A stretch of 20,000 nt of DNA from the IMG/VR virus record IMGVR_UViG_3300046792_000272; one strand, given 5' to 3'. Source of the stretch: an uncultured virus (IMG/VR IMGVR_UViG_3300046792_000272) (taxonomy: Duplodnaviria > Heunggongvirae > Uroviricota > Caudoviricetes). Every line of letters starts with the position of its first letter. Within the stretch, counting starts at the first letter, position 1. The position numbers and the translations under genes were made by a program. The notes under the pieces are model-generated. The model was given only the letters and a program-made list of their open reading frames with translations. It made no database searches and was not told where the DNA came from. Positions 15,491 through 20,000 of this stretch are shown here, in pieces.

Positions 15491-15833
15491 AGCAAGCCCC
15501 CATCAGCAATGGGAAGAGGGCTGCGTCGATCAGCTCCAGCTGGAGACCGTCAGTGAGCACTGCCACCTTGCACCCGTCCGGGAGGAAATCGGCGAACTGG
15601 TCCCTGATCCGCGTGATCTGCGCCTCACTGAGGCGATCCTTCGTCGTGATCACGAAGCGATCGCCGGCCTCTGGCCGGAACGCCTGGATGGTCTTGATCC
15701 AGGGCTCGTCAAGGCCACCGGCAGAGCTGCCGGTACGCCCAGGCATGGCAGGGTCGGGGGACACTGGCCCAAGGCCCCCGGCCCTGCGCTTGCCCGGCTT
15801 CTCGAGGAAGAGCTTGAAGGGACGCCAGATCAC
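15483..15833 (-). CDS. Hypothetical protein; C-terminal half resembles the portal clip segment
   Basis: ATGA overlap upstream. Contains FVITTKDRLSEAQITRIRDQFADFLPDGCKVAVLTDGLQLE. Confidence 0.65.
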   Translation of the reverse strand: MIWRPFKLFLEKPGKRRAGGLGPVSPDPAMPGRTGSSAGGLDEPWIKTIQAFRPEAGDRFVITTKDRLSEAQITRIRDQFADFLPDGCKVAVLTDGLQLELIDAALFPLLMGACFG

Positions 15834-16054
15834 GAATCGCTCCCGTATTTCCGGGCCTCGGTGGCGGCCTCGCGCAGCTGGTCGGCGACTCCGTCAGCCT
15901 GATCGGGCGTGAGTTTCGACAGCACGTCGCGGTTGCGCCCGTCCGGTTCGTCTTCGTCCCAGCCCAGGTAGACCACGCCGTGCCCCATCTCGACGTCGAC
16001 CTCGATCTGCTGGCCGTACTCGTCCTCGGTGTTGTGGCGGGGGCCGAAGCTCAC
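15830..16054 (-). CDS. Hypothetical acidic protein (74 aa)
   Basis: 4-nt overlaps on both sides; ends LTPDQADGVADQLREAATEAR. Confidence 0.7.
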   Translation of the reverse strand: MSFGPRHNTEDEYGQQIEVDVEMGHGVVYLGWDEDEPDGRNRDVLSKLTPDQADGVADQLREAATEARKYGSDS

Positions 16055-16389
16055 TTCGACGCACCCGCTGTCGTCGTGTTCGGCACCAGGTCGCCGAGGT
16101 GCTCGTCGACCCGCTGACAGGGCACGTGCACGTGCTTGACCTCGCGGCCGACGAGCCGTTCGGCAATCGACTGGCTCAGGGCGGCGCTCGAGGTGACAGC
16201 CTGGTACCAGCTGACGGCCTGATAGGCGTTAAGGCCGAAGATGATCAGAAGGAAGTCGGCGTGGCGGTCCTCGCGCTCGAGCCACCCGTAGACAACGATC
16301 TCGTCGTCGTTGTCGATGAAGCGATCCCAACGGGCCTCAGGGATGCGGTTGAGGATCTCCGCGATTTCGGTGCCGAGCTCGATCCTCAT
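16051..16389 (-). CDS. Hypothetical protein (112 aa)
   Basis: Likely start is ATG 16389 (ATGA overlap): MRIELGTEIAEILNRIPEARWDRF...VYGWLEREDRHADFLLI. The track ORF start at 17040 is over-extended. Confidence 0.7.
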   Translation of the reverse strand: MRIELGTEIAEILNRIPEARWDRFIDNDDEIVVYGWLEREDRHADFLLIIFGLNAYQAVSWYQAVTSSAALSQSIAERLVGREVKHVHVPCQRVDEHLGDLVPNTTTAGASK

Positions 16390-16907
16390 GCTGCCATCTC
16401 CCCACCGCCCTGCTCGCCACCGACGGAGGCAGTACCTGCCGAAACCGGCCGGTCGCCGGCGGCGAGCACGGCGGTGTCGAAGTCGTCGAAGCGGCGCATC
16501 GCCTCGATCTCGAAGCCCCAGTCGTCGATGAAGGCGATCTGTTCGGGGACCAGGACCTCGGCTGGCACTCGCAGCGGCGGCGTCAGCGCGTTGTCGAAGC
16601 GTCGGTGGTGGCCCTCGCAGCCGAGGCCGCCGACGTTGCGGATGTCCCATTCGCAGAGCTCGACCAGGTCGTCGACGTCGGAGCGCGTGAGCTCGTCGAT
16701 CGGCAGCCCGCGGGGCAGGTCCATCAGCTGCGGGCGCAGGATCTCCCGGATCCGCATGCGGCCGATCAGGTGGATGACTTCGAAGCGCTCGCTGCAGGAC
16801 TTGTTGTGCTCGTCGAATTGCCGTAGCCAGCAGCGACGGCCGTGGACGGCATAGCCCTTCTCGTAGAAGGCGCTGGTGAGCTCGGGTGGAGGCGGCCGGC
16901 GCTTCAC
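16386..16907 (-). CDS. Divergent HNH-like nuclease (173 aa)
   Basis: GTG 16907 overlaps the DUF1643 stop. Pattern RRCW...SCSERFEVIHLI...DIRNVGGLGCEGHHRRFD with an acidic insertion. Confidence 0.6.
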   Translation of the reverse strand: MKRRPPPPELTSAFYEKGYAVHGRRCWLRQFDEHNKSCSERFEVIHLIGRMRIREILRPQLMDLPRGLPIDELTRSDVDDLVELCEWDIRNVGGLGCEGHHRRFDNALTPPLRVPAEVLVPEQIAFIDDWGFEIEAMRRFDDFDTAVLAAGDRPVSAGTASVGGEQGGGEMAA

Positions 16908-17419
16908 CGGCTCGCCCCCAGGGCGTAGTAGACGAATGGCACCGGCTCGAAATCGTCGGGAACTCGATGCTTCCCCCGAGCGAGTGGATGTCGTGGAAAC
17001 CCCTCCTCTGTCGTGCCGAGGCAGTCGAGCTGGGTCCCAAGTCGCTTGCACATCGAGAGGACCTCGGCTTGCCGCCGATTCGTGATCTTCCGCACCGACG
17101 CCCCCCATGCGGCGATCGCTTGGCCGGCGGCGATCAGCGCCCCTTCGAGCGTGTGATCGTTGAGAGGCCCTACCGGATCGTCGGCCGTCAGCAAGCCGTT
17201 CGGATCGGTCGATCGAAGGGCGAACAGATTCACGACTTCGAGGCGCTGAAAGCCCCAACGCTGCGCGAACTTGATGCACCTACCGATCGTCGGGTCGTCT
17301 TCGATCGCGTCCGCGGTCGATGGATTGAGCATCACGAACAGGCAAGTGCCCTCGCCCATCATCCACTCGCGATCGAGCGTATAGCGGTAGCGCCCGCAAT
17401 CCGAAATCAGGGCGGTCAT
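16904..17419 (-). CDS. DUF1643 family protein
   Basis: ISDCGRYRYTLDREW, FVMLNPSTAD...DDPT, VVNLFALRSTDP, AAWG and G.PRHPL are characteristic of DUF1643. Confidence 0.92.
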   Translation of the reverse strand: MTALISDCGRYRYTLDREWMMGEGTCLFVMLNPSTADAIEDDPTIGRCIKFAQRWGFQRLEVVNLFALRSTDPNGLLTADDPVGPLNDHTLEGALIAAGQAIAAWGASVRKITNRRQAEVLSMCKRLGTQLDCLGTTEEGFPRHPLARGKHRVPDDFEPVPFVYYALGASR

Positions 17420-17640
17420 CTGCTCGCCCCCTGTGGCATGGCGAGCTCGGGTACCTCGCCGAGGTGGTTGCGGATCAAGTCGATCGTGTTGGCTTTGCGC
17501 TCGATCCGGGTGATTGCTTCGACCCGGAGTTCCTCATAGACGGCTAGGTCATGGAGGGCGGTGAGGCGCTTTCGGACCGTGACCAGGTCCGCGTCGATCT
17601 CCTCGAGCTCGTTGAGGAAGGTGTCGCTGACGGCGACCAT
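17416..17640 (-). CDS. Hypothetical helical protein (74 aa)
   Basis: Coiled-coil-like composition; ATGA overlap with DUF1643. Confidence 0.65.
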   Translation of the reverse strand: MVAVSDTFLNELEEIDADLVTVRKRLTALHDLAVYEELRVEAITRIERKANTIDLIRNHLGEVPELAMPQGASR

Positions 17641-17711
17641 TTACGCCGCCCCCATGGATCCGTCGGGGCCCTCGATGTAGGGTGCTTCCGGGGCGAGATC
17701 GGGCGTTACCG

Positions 17712-17750
17712 CCCTAGCTATCGGACTTCTTCGAGTCTCATAAGCTAGGG
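17712..17750. promoter_or_regulatory. Imperfect inverted repeat, candidate attP of the serine recombinase
   Basis: CCCTAGCT-ATCGGACTT-CTTC-GAGTCTCAT-A-AGCTAGGG: 8-bp perfect outer arms plus inner GACT/AGTC, ending 4 nt before the recombinase ATG. Confidence 0.5.
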
Positions 17751-17754
17751 GCGT

Positions 17755-19191
17755 ATGCAGCTGGACGGCTATATCCGTGTCTCCAAGGTCGGCAAACGGA
17801 AGGATGCGGGTGAGCGCTTCATCTCTCCGGAGGACCAACGTTCGAAAATCGAGGGCTGGGCGAAGCTGCGCGGGGTGACGATCGCCAACTGGGAGACCGA
17901 CCTCGATCGGACCGGCAAGATCCTGGAACGGCCCGGGCTCGACCGAATCCTCGCCCGGATCGAGCGGGGCGAAACCGGCGGCATCGCGGTCGCCTACATC
18001 GACCGCTTCTCTCGCGCCGACGTCGGCGATGCCCTGAAGCTGATCGAGTGGATCGACAGCCAGGGCGGCAGCTTCGCGGCGCTGGACTACGGCCTGGACC
18101 CGACGACGCCGTTTGGGGAGTTCGGGCTGACGCTCCTCCTGGGCCTGGCTCGGCTGCAGAGTCGGCAGAAGGGGGAGCGCTGGTACACCGCCCGCAGCTT
18201 CGCCGTCGAGCGCGGCACCTTCGTCGGCGGCTATGTCCCGGCCGGGCTGCGCAAGCGCGAGGACGGGCGACTCGAGCGCGATCCGACGATTCGGCATGAT
18301 CTGATCCGGGACCTCTTCGGAAAGCGGGCAGGTAAGGAGTCCTGGTCGAGGATCGCGGCCTGGCTCTCCGAGGAGCTCGGGCGCCCGATCAGCATCCCCG
18401 CCGTCCGGGCCCTGATCCGAAATCGGGTCTACCTGGGCGAGGTCAACGGCGGTCAGGGCCTCGTCAATCGGCAGGCGCATGAGCCGCTGGTCAGTCGCTC
18501 GCTCTTCGAGGCGGCCAACGCGGTGAGGGGAGTGGTGCCGGCCCGAAGCGGCAGGTCTGCCGGTCTGCTCTCCGGGCTCTTGCGCTGCGCCGGCTGCCGG
18601 TATGCGATGAAGGCCTCGATGAACAAAAACGCCGGCGAGGATCGGCTCGAGTACCGCTGCAAGGCGACAAGGGCCGAAACTACCGAGCGCTGTCCGTCGC
18701 CAGCGACGATCTCGGCGCACCTGATCGACGGGCTGGTGCTCGAGGAGTTCCGCAAGCACATTGCGGGCTACCGGCTCGCGCAGCTGGAGGGGTCGAAGGA
18801 GGTCGAGGAAGCCGAAGCAGCCCTGCTCGCCGCGGAGACCGAGCTCGATGCCACGCTCGACACCCGTCTCGCCGAAGCGCTGGGCTCGGACTCCGCCCGC
18901 TACCTCGAGCTCGTTGGTTCCCGCCAGGAGGCCGTCGACGCCGCCCGCGGGGTGCTCGCCGATGCCACCGGAAAGCAGATCGCCTTGCCGAAGGCCGACA
19001 TCTGGGAGATCTGGCCAGACCTGGATCTTCACGAGCGCCGTCGTCTCCTCGCGTCAGCTCTTGACTGCGTGTTTGTCCGGAGGGGCAGGGATGCCGCGTC
19101 GAGAACCCACCTCTGCTGGCGCGGAGAGGCGCCGGAGCTCCCGCGCAGCGGCGCGCGTTGGACTCCGCTTCCGTTCGACTTTCCAGCGTGA
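17755..19191 (+). CDS. Large serine recombinase (integrase)
   Basis: Catalytic GYIRVS, ERPGL, DRFSR, recombinase domain (NRVYLG, HEPLVS), zinc ribbon LLRCAGC...YRC...C and a coiled coil. Confidence 0.96.
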   Translation: MQLDGYIRVSKVGKRKDAGERFISPEDQRSKIEGWAKLRGVTIANWETDLDRTGKILERPGLDRILARIERGETGGIAVAYIDRFSRADVGDALKLIEWIDSQGGSFAALDYGLDPTTPFGEFGLTLLLGLARLQSRQKGERWYTARSFAVERGTFVGGYVPAGLRKREDGRLERDPTIRHDLIRDLFGKRAGKESWSRIAAWLSEELGRPISIPAVRALIRNRVYLGEVNGGQGLVNRQAHEPLVSRSLFEAANAVRGVVPARSGRSAGLLSGLLRCAGCRYAMKASMNKNAGEDRLEYRCKATRAETTERCPSPATISAHLIDGLVLEEFRKHIAGYRLAQLEGSKEVEEAEAALLAAETELDATLDTRLAEALGSDSARYLELVGSRQEAVDAARGVLADATGKQIALPKADIWEIWPDLDLHERRRLLASALDCVFVRRGRDAASRTHLCWRGEAPELPRSGARWTPLPFDFPA

Positions 19192-19257
19192 GCCGGTCCG
19201 CTCGTACATGATCTGGGCGAGGGTGAACTCGAAGCTCTTGCGGGCCTCGTCGTTCAC
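19054..19257 (-). CDS. Small basic protein overlapping the integrase 3' end (candidate directionality factor)
   Basis: GAGGAG RBS and GTG 19257 overlapping the upstream stop. Translation MNDEARKSFEFTLAQIMYERTGSRWKVERKRSP..., 67 aa. Confidence 0.55.
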   Translation of the reverse strand: MNDEARKSFEFTLAQIMYERTGSRWKVERKRSPTRAAARELRRLSAPAEVGSRRGIPAPPDKHAVKS

Positions 19258-19478
19258 ACCGGCTCCTCGACTGCGATCTCGGCGACGACCAGGTCCCTGA
19301 CGACCATGCCGCCGAGCCACATCACCGGAGCCATCCGGGCGACTCGGAGGTCGTCGAAGATTTTGTCAGCGGTCTCGCGCGAGTAGGTCGACGCGCAGCG
19401 ATAGCGGCCCTCTTGGAGCCAGCGGATCTGGAAAGGCATCGGCCCATGCGGGAAGAGGCGGGAGACGCGGTCGGTCAC
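19254..19478 (-). CDS. Hypothetical protein (74 aa)
   Basis: 4-nt GTGA overlaps on both sides. Confidence 0.7.
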   Translation of the reverse strand: MTDRVSRLFPHGPMPFQIRWLQEGRYRCASTYSRETADKIFDDLRVARMAPVMWLGGMVVRDLVVAEIAVEEPV

Positions 19479-19684
19479 CTGCCGAAGCCCTCCAGCATCG
19501 GTTCGCGCAGGATCGACTTAAGCCGGTCGATCGCGTCCGAGGCATCGCGGGCCCAGTGGACCTTCGGGACCTCGATCCCGGCCTCGCGGGAGAGCGCAGC
19601 GATGCAGCTGCGCTGCCGCGGAGTGGCCAGCGGCCGTGACCGCCGGGCGCGCTCCGCGGCAAGAAAGGCCTGCGAACGTTTCAC
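19475..19684 (-). CDS. Small helical protein, DUF3072-like motif (69 aa)
   Basis: Likely start is GTG 19684. ATPRQRSCIAALSREAGIEVP...DASDAIDRL resembles the T..Q...L..L...AS..ID.L three-helix motif. Confidence 0.6.
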   Translation of the reverse strand: MKRSQAFLAAERARRSRPLATPRQRSCIAALSREAGIEVPKVHWARDASDAIDRLKSILREPMLEGFGR

Positions 19685-20000
19685 GCGACCGCCGTGGGAA
19701 CCGGGAGAGCTTCCAGCTCGGCAATGAGGCGATCGGCCTCTCGTTCGAACGCCGCCGACTCCGCCGACTCCGCCGACCGCGCCGCCGACCACTCCGCCGA
19801 CTCCGCCGACTCCGCCGACTCCGCCGACCACGCCGCCGACTCCGCCGACGCCGCCGACTCCGCCGACTCCGCCGACCGCGCCGCCGACCACGCCGCCGAC
19901 TCCGCCGACGCCGCCGACTCCGCCGACGCCGCCGACTCCGCCGACCACGCCGACCGCGCCGCCGACCAAGCCGCCGACTCCGCCGACCCCTCCGCCGACT
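19681..20000 (-). CDS. C-terminus of an Ala/Ser/Glu/Trp-repeat phage protein (N-terminus outside the window)
   Basis: Not in the ORF track. Frame reads SAEGSAESAAWSAARSAWSAESAASAES...SAAFEREADRLIAELEALPVPTAVA*, and the stop overlaps GTG 19684. Confidence 0.8.
   Translation of the reverse strand, partial: SAEGSAESAAWSAARSAWSAESAASAESAASAESAAWSAARSAESAESAASAESAAWSAESAESAESAEWSAARSAESAESAAFEREADRLIAELEALPVPTAVA
19750..20000. repeat. Coding tandem repeat of 9-bp and 12-bp units (CCGCCGACT and variants)
   Basis: Directly visible; all units are multiples of 3 and encode SAE, SAA, SAAW and SAAR. Confidence 0.95.

Noticed and set aside
17641..19032. 463-aa minus-strand ORF antisense to the integrase
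   Set aside because: It mirrors the recombinase codons and shows no motifs. Its last codons abut the next ATG and could be a gene remnant, but no credible start supports a separate gene.
19475..19969. Gly/Val-repeat 164-aa ORF in the track
   Set aside because: This is the wrong frame through the repeat. The SAE/SAAW frame ends in a normal C-terminus and couples to GTG 19684, which starts the real 69-aa gene.
19750..20000. Possible CRISPR array or replication iterons
   Set aside because: There are no unique spacers, and the units are 9 or 12 bp and lie in frame inside a coding sequence.

Overview
High-GC segment of a temperate, HK97-like (probably siphovirus) phage; the host is probably an actinobacterium (inference from composition and gene style only). 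Every gene except a large serine recombinase (17755-19191, +) is on the minus strand. Read from right to left the window holds: small accessory genes, the recombinase with a candidate attP inverted repeat over its RBS, DUF1643, an HNH-like protein, an ASCH/PUA-like protein, a tandem winged-helix protein, a PD-(D/E)XK nuclease, an SNF2 helicase and a long ParB-family protein. A non-coding island follows, then the packaging, head and neck module: HNH, putative cos, TerS, TerL, portal, protease, major capsid, decoration, adaptor, terminator and the start of the tail tube gene. The most notable observations are (1) an unannotated 129-nt tRNA-like cloverleaf with expanded loops, 1 nt downstream of an initiator-like tRNA-Met; (2) a TerS with an N-terminal E3-binding/Lsr2-like domain next to an A-tract-rich putative cos; (3) a small stand-alone protein resembling the portal clip region; and (4) a TerL with no canonical start codon outside terS. 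All family calls come from motifs recognised by eye; no database search was run.
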